Positions 1 to 9,725 are shown, counted from the first letter of the stretch. The stretch is 64,000 nucleotides of DNA from an uncultured Acidobacteriota bacterium (GCA_964506795.1 CAZDMR010000001.1:157173-221172); one strand, 5' to 3'. The notes: generated by a model from the sequence alone, not told the origin. Made by a program: numbers and translations.

Positions 1-781
1 CTGTTTTGACGCGCCATTCCTTATCGGCATTGGGGACCTGGTATGCAGCAGACGCCCCGACATGAAAAACCCTCGTGTCCGAACGGAGAGGCGCGAATGT
101 GAGGCGCCCTGAGGAAGTCCATCCCGAATCCCCTTCATCCTCGGCCCTGACATCGTAGTCATCTCCGAAAAAACCGGCGGCGGCCGTCCATGATTGGGCA
201 TAGTAATAGGCGCCGACGCCGACCTTGCGATCCGGGACAAGCGTATTCGGCAGCGCTCGTTCCATAAAAGTCACATGCTTTTTAGAACCCATCTGCTCCA
301 TGCTGAAGGGCGTCTTGAAATTGCCGATTCTAAAGGCGAGGGGGCCGAATCCGTTATATTCGAGGAACGCATCTTTTATTTCCACCTCCGCATCGCTGAA
401 TTCCATCGAATATTCATAATTCCAATCGGCAAAGACCGTTCCTTCGAATTCGACGCGGGCTGTACGGATTTCCGTCCCGTTTCCCAGGGGATTTTTTTCT
501 TCGTTATAAAACGCGGCGTCAACGCCGAAGCGCCCGCCCAATTGGAACGAAAACCTTCCGTCATAACTCGATACTTCAAAGCCGCCTTCCGTGGTTAATT
601 TGTAATCCGCAGATTGATTCCTCTCATTTGCCGGCGCTTCCTTTTTCAGCTTGTCGTATTGCTCTTGCGTAATAGCGCCGTTGTTCAGCAATATTTCCGC
701 AAGCCCGGCGTCGCCCTGCATTGCATAAGCCGAACCCAAGGCAAGGATTGCGCAATAAAAAGCAATAGCTAAATACTTCAT
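1..781 (-). CDS. Phosphate-selective porin OprO/OprP family, 3' end runs off the window (absent from the ORF track)
   Basis: Manual translation from ATG 781 is open to base 1: MKYLAIAFYCAILALGSAYA signal peptide, then GGRFGVDAAFY..GTEIRTARVEFEG..IKDAFLEY..IGNFKTPFSMEQMGS..FMERALPN..DRKVG, motifs typical of OprO/P porins. Confidence 0.8.
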   Translation of the reverse strand, partial: MKYLAIAFYCAILALGSAYAMQGDAGLAEILLNNGAITQEQYDKLKKEAPANERNQSADYKLTTEGGFEVSSYDGRFSFQLGGRFGVDAAFYNEEKNPLGNGTEIRTARVEFEGTVFADWNYEYSMEFSDAEVEIKDAFLEYNGFGPLAFRIGNFKTPFSMEQMGSKKHVTFMERALPNTLVPDRKVGVGAYYYAQSWTAAAGFFGDDYDVRAEDEGDSGWTSSGRLTFAPLRSDTRVFHVGASAAYQVPNADKEWRVKT

Positions 782-879
782 AAGAAAATCTCCGCTCATT
801 TAATCCTGATTATTCACAGATAAACAACTCGGCTAATCGGCATGGAGCTATTGTATGATTAGTTAATAAATACATATGT

Positions 880-918
880 TTAGCTCCGATTATGCATAAG
901 GATTCGCAGCAAGGCGCC
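880..918 (+). repeat. Left-end fragment of the TTAA-ended MITE family
   Basis: TTAGCTCCGATTATGCATAAGGATTCGCAGCAAGGCGCC aligns with the left end of the 5244-5441 element. Confidence 0.55.
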
Positions 919-958
919 GTCGGGCGCTTATTGCTGGCGCCGTCGGGCGCTTATTGCT
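913..958. repeat. Exact 2x23-bp tandem duplication GGCGCCGTCGGGCGCTTATTGCT
   Basis: Read directly: 913-935 and 936-958 are identical. Confidence 0.9.
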
Positions 959-1027
959 GGACACCCACTAAGCCCCTTTGCTTTGGGAGATTTTCCTGGA
1001 CACCCACGATTGTATGTGGACACCCAC
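958..1027 (+). repeat. Three copies of REP-like 11-mer TGGACACCCAC
   Basis: Copies at 958, 997 and 1017; the same motif flanks both Y1 transposases. Confidence 0.8.
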
Positions 1028-1134
1028 TAAGAGCTTTTGCTTTATCTGCAGCTGGCACGCCGAAACGGTGCGACTGTGGGACGCGGCAAAACCATAAAAA
1101 ACAAACCGCTGATCCTCGAGGATTGGGGTGCATA

Positions 1135-1199
1135 TAACCGGCTTTATTCATGAAACCCTTTTAGGGGGCCGGCCGAGCCTCATGAATAAATCGCGTTAA
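1135..1199. mobile_element. Minimal 65-bp MITE-like element with terminal inverted repeats
   Basis: TAACCGGCTTTATTCATGA ... TCATGAATAAATCGCGTTAA, the same TIR family as 5244-5441. Confidence 0.6.
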
Positions 1200-1270
1200 A
1201 AAGAACCCTTTTATGCAATCCGTGAAAATCAGCGGTAGATTATCAAAGCAGGTTTTCCGAACACGCTCCT

Positions 1271-1933
1271 CTATTTTGCGGCGCCAGAAACAATGCAGGT
1301 CGATTTGATGTAATCGAGCTTAGGGAAAGATTTTTCAAGGTATGCATTGCCTTGCATGTGGATGTTTTGCTGAACAGGACTTTCTCCATAACCGCTGTGT
1401 ATGGAATCTACCACATTCATTCCCTGGATCACCTTCCCGACAGGCGAGAATCCCTGGGGATCCAGAAAAGAATTGTCGGCAAAGTTAATAAACAGCTGAG
1501 TGGTGCGCGTATTTGGTCCTGCCGTGGCAAACGTGACATATCCTCTTTTGTTCGATTGTTTGACCGCGTCATCTTTGATCTGCGCTGCGCGCCATTTTGC
1601 GCTGACTTTCGGATCGCCGTGAATGCCGAACTGGACCATGAAGCCTTCCACAACACGGAAGAACCGGCAATCATTGAAATAGCCGTTTTTCACAAGGTTA
1701 AAAAAGCGGTCCGCTCCGTTGGGCGACCAAGCCCGCGTGACTTCGACAACAAAGTCGCCCTTTGAAGTTTTGAATTCAGCCTGGAAAGTCTCCGGCGCTT
1801 TTTCGTTCAATTGAGCAGGATTCATAAGCTTCTCCATATTGGCATTGGCGCCCTCCTGGCCGGCGGCGGATCCGGGCGCAGCTAAAATAGCCAAAGCAAA
1901 AATCATTGAAACAACCATTGCCGTCAAGCGCAT
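1271..1933 (-). CDS. Exported cyclophilin-type peptidyl-prolyl cis-trans isomerase
   Basis: FFRVVEGFMVQFG, FATAGPNTRTTQLFIN, GKVIQGM cyclophilin motifs; ATG 1933 follows an AAAAGGAG RBS and starts a signal peptide, so the longer ORF start at 2341 is unlikely. Confidence 0.92.
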   Translation of the reverse strand: MRLTAMVVSMIFALAILAAPGSAAGQEGANANMEKLMNPAQLNEKAPETFQAEFKTSKGDFVVEVTRAWSPNGADRFFNLVKNGYFNDCRFFRVVEGFMVQFGIHGDPKVSAKWRAAQIKDDAVKQSNKRGYVTFATAGPNTRTTQLFINFADNSFLDPQGFSPVGKVIQGMNVVDSIHSGYGESPVQQNIHMQGNAYLEKSFPKLDYIKSTCIVSGAAK

Positions 1934-2354
1934 AAAATTTCTCCTTTTCGTTAAATAAAGATACCCATAATCGGCGGTTAAAGTTTCCTTCCGGATGCGC
2001 CAAAACTCAAGGAAAAAGCTGCACACGGAGCATCTTGTTCGATCTCGATCGAATCCCAGGGCGCTGCGGAAGATTTCAGAGAGTCGGTTGAAGCTAAAAT
2101 AAAAGGGCGCCACCACCGTCGATGCCCAGACTCCGCTTTCGTCGATGCGGCCGCGCGGCATAAATTCACTTGCAGCTGCAACCGACCGCCAAAAAATCAC
2201 AAATCCGCCGCCGAAAAACGGCGTGCGATACAGGGAACTCCAGTGCTTTGCAGCGTTTGAGGTTGATCCCGAAGCATCCTCGTGAGTATGATGGCTTTCA
2301 CCGACAAAAGCTTTTTTATTTTCAGCATCCGGTAGTGACAAAAGGAGAGATCCG

Positions 2355-3437
2355 ATGAGGATAAAATTAAATTTAATCGCCGCGTTTCCCGTATTCCTGT
2401 TTCTATTGGGGGGCTGTGAAAGCCCGAAGAAACCGATTTCTGAGCCTCAGACTACATGTGACCGTACGTGCTTGGAAGGCTATGTGGATCAATATATGGA
2501 CGCAATGCTTACCCATGAACCAAGCGAGACGCTTTTTGCGGAGGACTGCCGCTTCACGGAAAACGGAGTGAGGCTGCCTTTGGGAGAGGGTCTCTGGGCT
2601 AGCATGGTGGGAAAAGGGACTTATAAGTTTTATGTTCCAGATATCGAAACCCAGCAAATTGCGTTTATCGGTACTGCAAGGGAAGAAACACGGGATCCCG
2701 GAGAAGGAAATCCCGTCGCCATTGCCCTGCGCTTGAAGATTCAAAACGGACTTATTTCAGAGGCGGAACAGCTTGTCATACGTCCGGAGAGTAATCTGCC
2801 GCAGCTGGGCAGCGGGCCCGCAGGTCCCTCCGCCGGCGAAAGCATCGAAAAAATGGGTTCCCCCCATCCCGTTTTTAAAGAGGTTATTCCTGCGGATGAG
2901 CGGCCGGCGCGCGAAGATATGATTGAAACCGCCAATATGTATTTTACGGGAATGCAGCAGAACGACGGCAAGGGCCTTTATCCGTTTACAGAAGACTGCG
3001 ATCGATATGAAAACGGCATGAGATCGACGAATGTCCCTCTGGCGCCGGGCCAGAAAATGCCCGATCCGCTGACCGAGACGGTCTATTCAAGCCACTGGGG
3101 ATGCAAGAAACAATTCGAGTCCGGGCTTATCCATTTCGTGACGCGGATCCGCGACCGCCGCTTTGTTGCCGTGGATCGCGAGCGCGGGATCGTCTACAGC
3201 TTTTGTTTCTTCGATCACGCCGCAGGCAAATCGCGCCATTTCACAACGCCGGACGGGCGGCAGGCCATCGAAGGTCCCACCGAACCATGGACCTGGCAAA
3301 TCGCGGAGCTGTTTAAAATTGAAAAAGGCAAAATCCGGCGCATCGAAGCCGTTCTGCAGCGATGCCCTTATGGGATGAATTCCGGATGGATCACATATGA
3401 ACAAGGGATGTCGGACGAGATACAAATCATAAAATAA
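2355..3437 (+). CDS. Lipoprotein of unknown function, two SnoaL/NTF2-like repeats
   Basis: Lipobox LGGC after a hydrophobic signal; internal repeat (DCRFTENG / DCDRYENG); GGAGA RBS. Confidence 0.7.
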   Translation: MRIKLNLIAAFPVFLFLLGGCESPKKPISEPQTTCDRTCLEGYVDQYMDAMLTHEPSETLFAEDCRFTENGVRLPLGEGLWASMVGKGTYKFYVPDIETQQIAFIGTAREETRDPGEGNPVAIALRLKIQNGLISEAEQLVIRPESNLPQLGSGPAGPSAGESIEKMGSPHPVFKEVIPADERPAREDMIETANMYFTGMQQNDGKGLYPFTEDCDRYENGMRSTNVPLAPGQKMPDPLTETVYSSHWGCKKQFESGLIHFVTRIRDRRFVAVDRERGIVYSFCFFDHAAGKSRHFTTPDGRQAIEGPTEPWTWQIAELFKIEKGKIRRIEAVLQRCPYGMNSGWITYEQGMSDEIQIIK

Positions 3438-3519
3438 TTGCGAATCATGCAAAGGGGGGACTTGGACACCCACTATCTGGGGAACCGGTCCCCTGGACAC
3501 CCACGACCTCAATGAGATG

Positions 3520-3591
3520 TTTTGACTCTCATTAATAATAAAGCCTGAATTTTTTCAATCCACCTTGTCCATATTTCGATGGGAGTCAAAA
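3520..3591. repeat. Inverted repeat TTTTGACTCTCAT / ATGGGAGTCAAAA (12/13 match)
   Basis: Read directly at 3520-3532 and 3579-3591. Confidence 0.7.
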
Positions 3592-3745
3592 AAAGCTTAC
3601 AGCGCATTGAGAGAGAATTTCGGGATTAATCTAACGAACCTTGCCGCAGTTTGCTGAGAAATGCGGGTCCTTTTGTATGGAAATTAAATGATGCCCGAAA
3701 TGACGCAGTCCATAGGAAACTCAAATAGCATCCAGTTTAATTTAA

Positions 3746-3820
3746 ATTATTCATAAGGATTCGTACCGAGGCGGCGCAGGCTGGCGATGCGCTGACATCG
3801 TCGAGGATTGTCAGCGCCGC
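3746..3820 (+). repeat. MITE left-end fragment followed by GC-rich palindrome
   Basis: ATTATTCATAAGGATTCGTACCGAGGCGGC matches 880 and 5253; stem GCGCTGACA..TGTCAGCGC just downstream of the transposase stop. Confidence 0.55.
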
Positions 3821-3880
3821 AAATGCCGCCGCGGAGCGTGAACTCATACGCGCGTCACCTCCTTATGATCGGATAGCCTC

Positions 3881-5029
3881 CTAAACCAATATAGGCGGCG
3901 ACACTGCAAATGAGGCCCGGGCTGCAGCAACACCCTTAAACCACCGTCGGCCGATTTGATCAGCAAAACTGCGTAGATTGGAAAGGAGGCCGGCAGCGAG
4001 GTGGAATTTACATCCAAAGCGCGATATCGTTTCAGGCCACACTTCGGGATTGACGCCAATTCGCAAGAGAAACGGCTCAAGCTCCGCATCAATCTTGCCG
4101 CGTTTATCCGACCGGATTACGCGTCCTGATTTGTCCACCAGATCTAAATACTCAGCCGTGGTTATGCTCAGGATTCCGCGCTGATTTATTCCCGATGAAA
4201 TGGGGCATAACCAGCCGGTAGAAAACGCCGCATCTTTGAGGGAAACGCTCAGCGCAGGAACGCTTTCGGGAATTCGATTTGAGATTTTTCCCGGGTTTTT
4301 CGACATCGGCGCGTCCACCAGTGGAGGTTTATAATGAATGCTTCGGACGGCGCTTGCGGAGAGAGAGTTTTGAATCCTTTTTGCCTTATGCCATGCGCGA
4401 ATCCGTTCCTGAATGCTGGTGAACTTGCTTTCCTCAGGAGTCCGGGCCATAGCCGCCCGGATTGGATTTAGATCCACATAAACCATGCAAGCAGCGATGG
4501 CTGCATCATCCAGAAGCACCTGGCATTTGAATCTTGACTCCCAAAACCGGCCTTTAACCTTATCTTCTTTGTTGGCAGCGCGAGCTATGAATTCATTGAG
4601 CCTTCCCATAAACCAGCTCAAGCTGCACAATCGTTTGCGCAGCATTGCAATACGTTCCGGGCATTGCACCAGCAAGCGGATTTGTTCGTCAACTGCCGGT
4701 AATGCTGCACGTCCCAAACCGCGCAGCCTTGGGAAAAGCGTAAGCCATCGGATTGCCACCTCCTGATCCGACCAGCCGGCGACAACATCCGGCCGCGTGC
4801 GCAGAACGGCGTGATAATGATTGTCCATGACTGCGTAAGCGCACACATCAACAGCAAAAATTCCCGCGAGTTGCCGCAACCTGTCGACCAACCATTTCTT
4901 TCGATGGGAGAAATCACGGCCCGTGTGGTTATCTAATCCATAAAGGAATGCCCGGCGCACGCACCGGCTGAAGCAATGATATATTCCCTCTTTTCCTTCC
5001 TGGACATATCTGCCGCGCGCCAAAGCCAT
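3881..5029 (-). CDS. IS200-like Y1 (HUH) transposase, long RAYT-related form, 382 aa
   Basis: YHCFSRCVRRAFL, HUH motif NHYH, GRFWESRFK, catalytic Tyr in YVDLNPIRA; AAGGAG RBS. Confidence 0.9.
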   Translation of the reverse strand: MALARGRYVQEGKEGIYHCFSRCVRRAFLYGLDNHTGRDFSHRKKWLVDRLRQLAGIFAVDVCAYAVMDNHYHAVLRTRPDVVAGWSDQEVAIRWLTLFPRLRGLGRAALPAVDEQIRLLVQCPERIAMLRKRLCSLSWFMGRLNEFIARAANKEDKVKGRFWESRFKCQVLLDDAAIAACMVYVDLNPIRAAMARTPEESKFTSIQERIRAWHKAKRIQNSLSASAVRSIHYKPPLVDAPMSKNPGKISNRIPESVPALSVSLKDAAFSTGWLCPISSGINQRGILSITTAEYLDLVDKSGRVIRSDKRGKIDAELEPFLLRIGVNPEVWPETISRFGCKFHLAAGLLSNLRSFADQIGRRWFKGVAAARASFAVSPPILV

Positions 5030-5243
5030 CGGCCGCCCTCCTTACATTACTAATAAGCAACTCTCTAAATGAGCCAAAAAAAATTCAAAGCATGGGTGTC
5101 CGGTGGTTCCTCCAGTGGTTGTCAAAAATGGGTGTCCAGTGGTCAATGTCATAATTAGTCAACAAATGTCTTGACATAGAGACACTTACGTAGAAAATAA
5201 TGCAAATTATAATTTACTTTGGCAGACATCAACGGGTTGAGGG

Positions 5244-5441
5244 TTAACACGGATTATTCATGAGGATGTGTAGCGAGGCGGCTTAGACAGGCGCGGATAC
5301 AAAATGCGCGCCCAACACCTCCGCATGCGCAACGGCCAGCATGTCGAGGAGCCCGAACGAGCACGCGCATAAAAACCGAGCGCACGCCGCAAACGTGCCT
5401 GGATCCGCCGCAGGGGAAGCTTCATGCATAATCCGGGTTAA
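5244..5441. mobile_element. 198-bp non-autonomous MITE with 20-bp TIRs ending in TTAA
   Basis: TTAACACGGATTATTCATGA vs reverse complement of TCATGCATAATCCGGGTTAA match 18/20; no ORF; partial copies elsewhere. Confidence 0.75.
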
Positions 5442-5609
5442 GGCTAAGCAGTACTTTTTGAGAACACGACCGTGAGGGATTCACTTGCCTTTGAAAGCGT
5501 TTAAGTGCGAAGCGAAATCCAATCAAAACGTTCGACAATTTTTTGCCGTTAGCCGCGGCCCGGAACAGTTTGAAAAACGAAACTCAAATTCAAAAGCGGA
5601 GTCAAAACT

Positions 5610-8600
5610 ATGAATCGATTTTTTGTCGCAGCATCGTTGCTCTGCATTTTACTTTTGCCTGCCCTGGCCTTCGCTCAATCGAGCAACGCCAGCGTCAGCG
5701 GGACCATATCCGACAGCTCCGGAGCCAGAATACCCGGAGTGACGGTAACGGCAACGAATACTTCCACCGGCGTGGTAAGCAACGCGATCAGCAACAATGT
5801 GGGGATATACAATCTCCCCAGCCTGTTGCCCGGCGTGTATACCGTGAACGCCGAAATGCCCGGATTTAATACGCATACCTACAGAGATGTTGTGCTTGGA
5901 AATGCCGCACAAGTCCGCCTCAATTTTGAGTTGGAGGTTGGCGGCGTATCCACCGCCATCGAGGTCAGCGTCGCGGCAGACAGGCTGTTGCTGGAATCCA
6001 GTTCATCCACGGGCGATGTGCTCGCTCAAAGCGCGGTGCAGGATTTGCCCCAAGTGAACAGCAATGCTCTCGACTTTGTCAAGGTCATGTCCGGCTACAT
6101 TCCCGTTGACGGGAATGCGGTGTTTAATGCGAACGGCACAACCGTCGGCGGTCTCAGCGTTGCAAATCTCAATTTAAAGCGAGACGGCGTGGACGTCAGC
6201 GACGTTAGATTCCCCGCCGGCATCCATGCGCCTACCCAGATCAATCCCGAGCTGGTCGGAGAAATGCGCATCATCCAGTCTCCCGTGGACGCCGAAATGG
6301 GGCGCGGGAACGCACAGATCCATGTTCTGACAAAATCCGGTTCCAATGAATACCACGGCAGCGCGCTGTGGGACATCCAGAACTCGGGGCTGGATTCCAA
6401 CCAATGGGAGAACAACCGCAGCAATGTCGTCCCGCCCTGGAGGAACCTGCATCAGTACACGATCAGCGTGGGCGGGCCGATCATTAAGAATAAAACCTTC
6501 TTTTTTGCTTTATGGAACCAGCAGATAGCGCGACTGCGGGATTCTATAAATCCCAACGTTTTGACGCCATGCGCCAGGAAAGGCATATTCCGCTATTTCG
6601 ATAATTGGAATAACGGGCGCTATGGGCAGGCGACGACAACCGCAGGCACGCCGACGATTGCAGTCGTGGATTTCGCCGGCAATCCCGTGGCGCCGACGAC
6701 GAATCCGGACGGCACGCCCCACAACGGCATTCTCCGCTATTACAGCGTTTTTGGAGACCTGACCGAGTCTGCAAGATCCCAGATAGCGCAGGATCCCATC
6801 AACTGTTCCGCTTACGACTTCAGCGGCAACCACGGCATTGTCCCTGAGACGAACTGGGATTCCTACCGAACGGGAGTGGATTCGACCGGATTTATCGACT
6901 ACTTTTTGTCCCTTATGCCGCCTGCAAACAGCTACGAAAGCATCGGAGATGGCTTGAATACGGCAGGCGGCCGATGGACGCGCGGCACGCGCGGCGCCGA
7001 TAATATGTTTGGGATCGGCGAGGACAATAACCGCAAACAAATTAACGTAAAGATAGACCACATCTTGAATGAGAACCACAGAGTCAGCGGGTCCTGGAGT
7101 TTTGAGAAAGGCTGGGCCGACAACAACTTTAAGGTCTGGCCGGACGGCTGGGGGGGCAGGACCGAACGGCAGCCCCAGGTTGTGACTGTTAACTTAGCGT
7201 CAACACTGTCTCCCAGTCTCTTCAATGAAGCCCGGTTCGGAGTTTCGCGGACAGGAACGAACGGATATTTCCCGCTCGAAAGCCCTGAAACCGGCAAAGA
7301 ACTCGAGAGCCATCTTCCGCATGTCAACGGACTCCCTGTTGTGGTAAGCCCGGGAACCGGCGGCGCTCGTTTCAACGCTTCCGCAAGCAATTTCTTCGGC
7401 GGCAGGGGAGGAGACATATTCGGGGTTGGATGGACTAACGCCGACACCAGTCCCCGATGGACATTCGGCGATAACATCACCTGGATAAAAGGGCGGCATT
7501 CGATCAAAGCAGGCGGCGAATACCGCTTCAGTGGAACGAAATCCTCGGTTTACGGCACCAACTGGGGGTGGAATGTCAATCCATTTGCTCTCGGCGGCAA
7601 TGCACAAGCACTACCGGTCCAGGGAATCAACTCTACAAATATGGAAGGATTGGCGGGAAGTACCTTTGCCGGAAACCAGAGGGTGATGGAAAACCTTCTG
7701 ACTTTCTTCTCGGGCTCGCTGAGCGGCATCCAGCAAACCTATTTTGTTAATTCATCCAAAAATCTGGCGTGGAATGATCCTGTCACCGAAAAGCAAAAAG
7801 TCCGCGATATGCGCAAGAATGAATTTGCCTTTTTCGTGAAGGACGACTTGAAGCTGACTCCCGATCTTACCCTTAACCTCGGCGTTCGCTACGAATATTA
7901 CGGCGTGCCGTATTTAAGATCCGGTCTGACGGCAGCCCTGAAAGGGGGGAGCGCAGGCGTATACGGCATTTCGGGACAAAGCTGGGATGAATCTTTTTGG
8001 AATCCCGGAAGCCGTTCCGATTTGACGGAGCTCGTTTTTGTGGGTCCGGACTCGCCCAACCCCGATATGAGGGTATATTCCCGCGACACTAATAATTTCG
8101 GACCGGCAGTAGGCTTCGCCTGGCAGCTGCCCTGGCTTGGAAAGGGCAAGACAACCATTCGAGGCGGGTACCAGATCACCTACCAGAGCGGCGATAATTT
8201 GCAGACCGTCGAAGGCATCATTGCAAATCCTCCGGGCAGCACCACCAATGCCGGCTACAACGCAAGCGACATTTATCTCAGCCTGGAGAACATGGACGAG
8301 ATAATCCCCATAGCGCCGACCTCCGATCCCATGCAGCCGATCCCGCTTACGGACCGGACTCAAACCATCACGGCTTACGATAACAGCTTTGTCAGCCCGT
8401 ACGTGCAGAATGTGACTTTGGCCATTGTGCGGAATATCGGATCGAATTTTACGGTGGATGTCCGCTATATCGGCACCTTCAGCCGCAAGAACGTGGCTTC
8501 CAACAACGTTAATATGCCCAACTTCCTGACCAACGGCTTGCTTGAAGCGTTCAATGCGGCCCGATACGGCGACGATGGCAATCCTGCAACCCAGCTGCTG

Positions 8601-9725
8601 GACGATATTTTTTCTCCGGTCCGGGGGACCAAAAGCGGCGCGGAATATCTGCGCACTTCCACGCGGCGGGGGTCAGGCGGTCAAGCCAGAGCCATGCTTG
8701 CGATGGGCAACTACCAGGGTCTCGCAAGTCTAATAAACAGCTGGTCCAATCCCAGCGCTGCCCCCGGCACCACCGATAACGGGTGGCTGCTCAGAACCGC
8801 AGGATTCCCGGAGAATTTTATTGTTACCAATCCGCAGTTCAACACCGTGAATCTTCGGCTCAACCGGGGCACTTCAAACTATCACTCCATGCAGGCGCAG
8901 GTTACCATGCGGCCGAAAGCCGGCGTCAGCTTTCATCTGTCCTACACTTTGAGCAAAAATCTCGGCAATCCCGGCACCACGCCCACTGATCCGCGCAATC
9001 CGCGGTGGGATTACGGGATTTTAAGCAGCGACCGCCGGCACGTCCTGACTTCCTACGGGACTTTCGATTTGCCGATCGGGCCGAATAAAGCGTTTTTCAG
9101 CAGCAGCTCCGGAGCTTTAGCGCGATTTTTGGAGAACTGGAAGGCAAGCTGGATTTTCAACGTGAGCAGCGGAAGCCCAGTCAATGTCACGGCTCAAAAT
9201 ATGCTTTACGGCACCGGCGTCCCGGATCTGGCCGGGCCGTTCCCATATGACAAAATAGGAGTTTATTGGGAGCATAACGCATACTCGGGCAACTATTTCG
9301 GCGATTACTTCACAACCGTCGACGATCCCCAGGTATCGATGGTTACAGATAAGAATGACCTGAGGAACTATTGCACCCTTACAGCGGCTGCGGATTCGGA
9401 AGGCAATATTATTCTTCAGAACCCCATGCCGGGAACCCTGGGCACATTTGGAAAGAATAGATTCTATGGACCTTCGACCTGGAGTCTCGACATGGCCCTT
9501 GGCAAGTCGGTTCGAATCGACGAAACCAAAGGCATAGAAGTCCGCGTGGACGCCACGAACATATTCAACCACGCCCAGCCCGCGGGAAGCAGGGGCAGCG
9601 CGAGCACCCGGCTGTACTTTGCCAACCCGCCCGTTCTTAACATTAACAGCAGCGATCCCTTCGGCTATTTGGGGACGAAAGTCGGAAACCGCACCTTCCA
9701 GGCCCGGATCCGATTTACTTTTTAA
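5610..9725 (+). CDS. TonB-dependent receptor with N-terminal carboxypeptidase-regulatory-like domain (Oar/acidobacterial type)
   Basis: Signal peptide, SGTISDSSGARIPGVTVT, TKSGSNEYHGS, DTNNFGPAVGFAW, terminal aromatic beta-signal ARIRFTF; 1371 aa. Confidence 0.92.
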   Translation: MNRFFVAASLLCILLLPALAFAQSSNASVSGTISDSSGARIPGVTVTATNTSTGVVSNAISNNVGIYNLPSLLPGVYTVNAEMPGFNTHTYRDVVLGNAAQVRLNFELEVGGVSTAIEVSVAADRLLLESSSSTGDVLAQSAVQDLPQVNSNALDFVKVMSGYIPVDGNAVFNANGTTVGGLSVANLNLKRDGVDVSDVRFPAGIHAPTQINPELVGEMRIIQSPVDAEMGRGNAQIHVLTKSGSNEYHGSALWDIQNSGLDSNQWENNRSNVVPPWRNLHQYTISVGGPIIKNKTFFFALWNQQIARLRDSINPNVLTPCARKGIFRYFDNWNNGRYGQATTTAGTPTIAVVDFAGNPVAPTTNPDGTPHNGILRYYSVFGDLTESARSQIAQDPINCSAYDFSGNHGIVPETNWDSYRTGVDSTGFIDYFLSLMPPANSYESIGDGLNTAGGRWTRGTRGADNMFGIGEDNNRKQINVKIDHILNENHRVSGSWSFEKGWADNNFKVWPDGWGGRTERQPQVVTVNLASTLSPSLFNEARFGVSRTGTNGYFPLESPETGKELESHLPHVNGLPVVVSPGTGGARFNASASNFFGGRGGDIFGVGWTNADTSPRWTFGDNITWIKGRHSIKAGGEYRFSGTKSSVYGTNWGWNVNPFALGGNAQALPVQGINSTNMEGLAGSTFAGNQRVMENLLTFFSGSLSGIQQTYFVNSSKNLAWNDPVTEKQKVRDMRKNEFAFFVKDDLKLTPDLTLNLGVRYEYYGVPYLRSGLTAALKGGSAGVYGISGQSWDESFWNPGSRSDLTELVFVGPDSPNPDMRVYSRDTNNFGPAVGFAWQLPWLGKGKTTIRGGYQITYQSGDNLQTVEGIIANPPGSTTNAGYNASDIYLSLENMDEIIPIAPTSDPMQPIPLTDRTQTITAYDNSFVSPYVQNVTLAIVRNIGSNFTVDVRYIGTFSRKNVASNNVNMPNFLTNGLLEAFNAARYGDDGNPATQLLDDIFSPVRGTKSGAEYLRTSTRRGSGGQARAMLAMGNYQGLASLINSWSNPSAAPGTTDNGWLLRTAGFPENFIVTNPQFNTVNLRLNRGTSNYHSMQAQVTMRPKAGVSFHLSYTLSKNLGNPGTTPTDPRNPRWDYGILSSDRRHVLTSYGTFDLPIGPNKAFFSSSSGALARFLENWKASWIFNVSSGSPVNVTAQNMLYGTGVPDLAGPFPYDKIGVYWEHNAYSGNYFGDYFTTVDDPQVSMVTDKNDLRNYCTLTAAADSEGNIILQNPMPGTLGTFGKNRFYGPSTWSLDMALGKSVRIDETKGIEVRVDATNIFNHAQPAGSRGSASTRLYFANPPVLNINSSDPFGYLGTKVGNRTFQARIRFTF

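Larger units (their letters stand above)
3463..5138 (-). mobile_element. RAYT-like element 1: Y1 HUH transposase flanked by inverted GGACACCCA motifs
   Basis: TGGACACCCAC at 3463 and 3494; inverted ATGGGTGTCC at 5092 and 5128; hairpins at 3520-3591 and about 3789-3817 inside. Confidence 0.65.

Noticed and set aside
913-1027. Short repeats as a possible CRISPR array
   Set aside because: The 23-bp units are directly adjacent with no spacer, the 11-mers are too short and unevenly spaced, and no cas genes are present.
1934-2341. Long N-terminal extensions in the ORF track (cyclophilin; likewise tkt, LysR, oxidoreductase)
   Set aside because: Downstream ATGs have clear RBS and match family N-termini.
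5171-5199. TTGACA as promoter of the TonB receptor
   Set aside because: No convincing -10 at 16-18 bp spacing, so it is not called as a feature.
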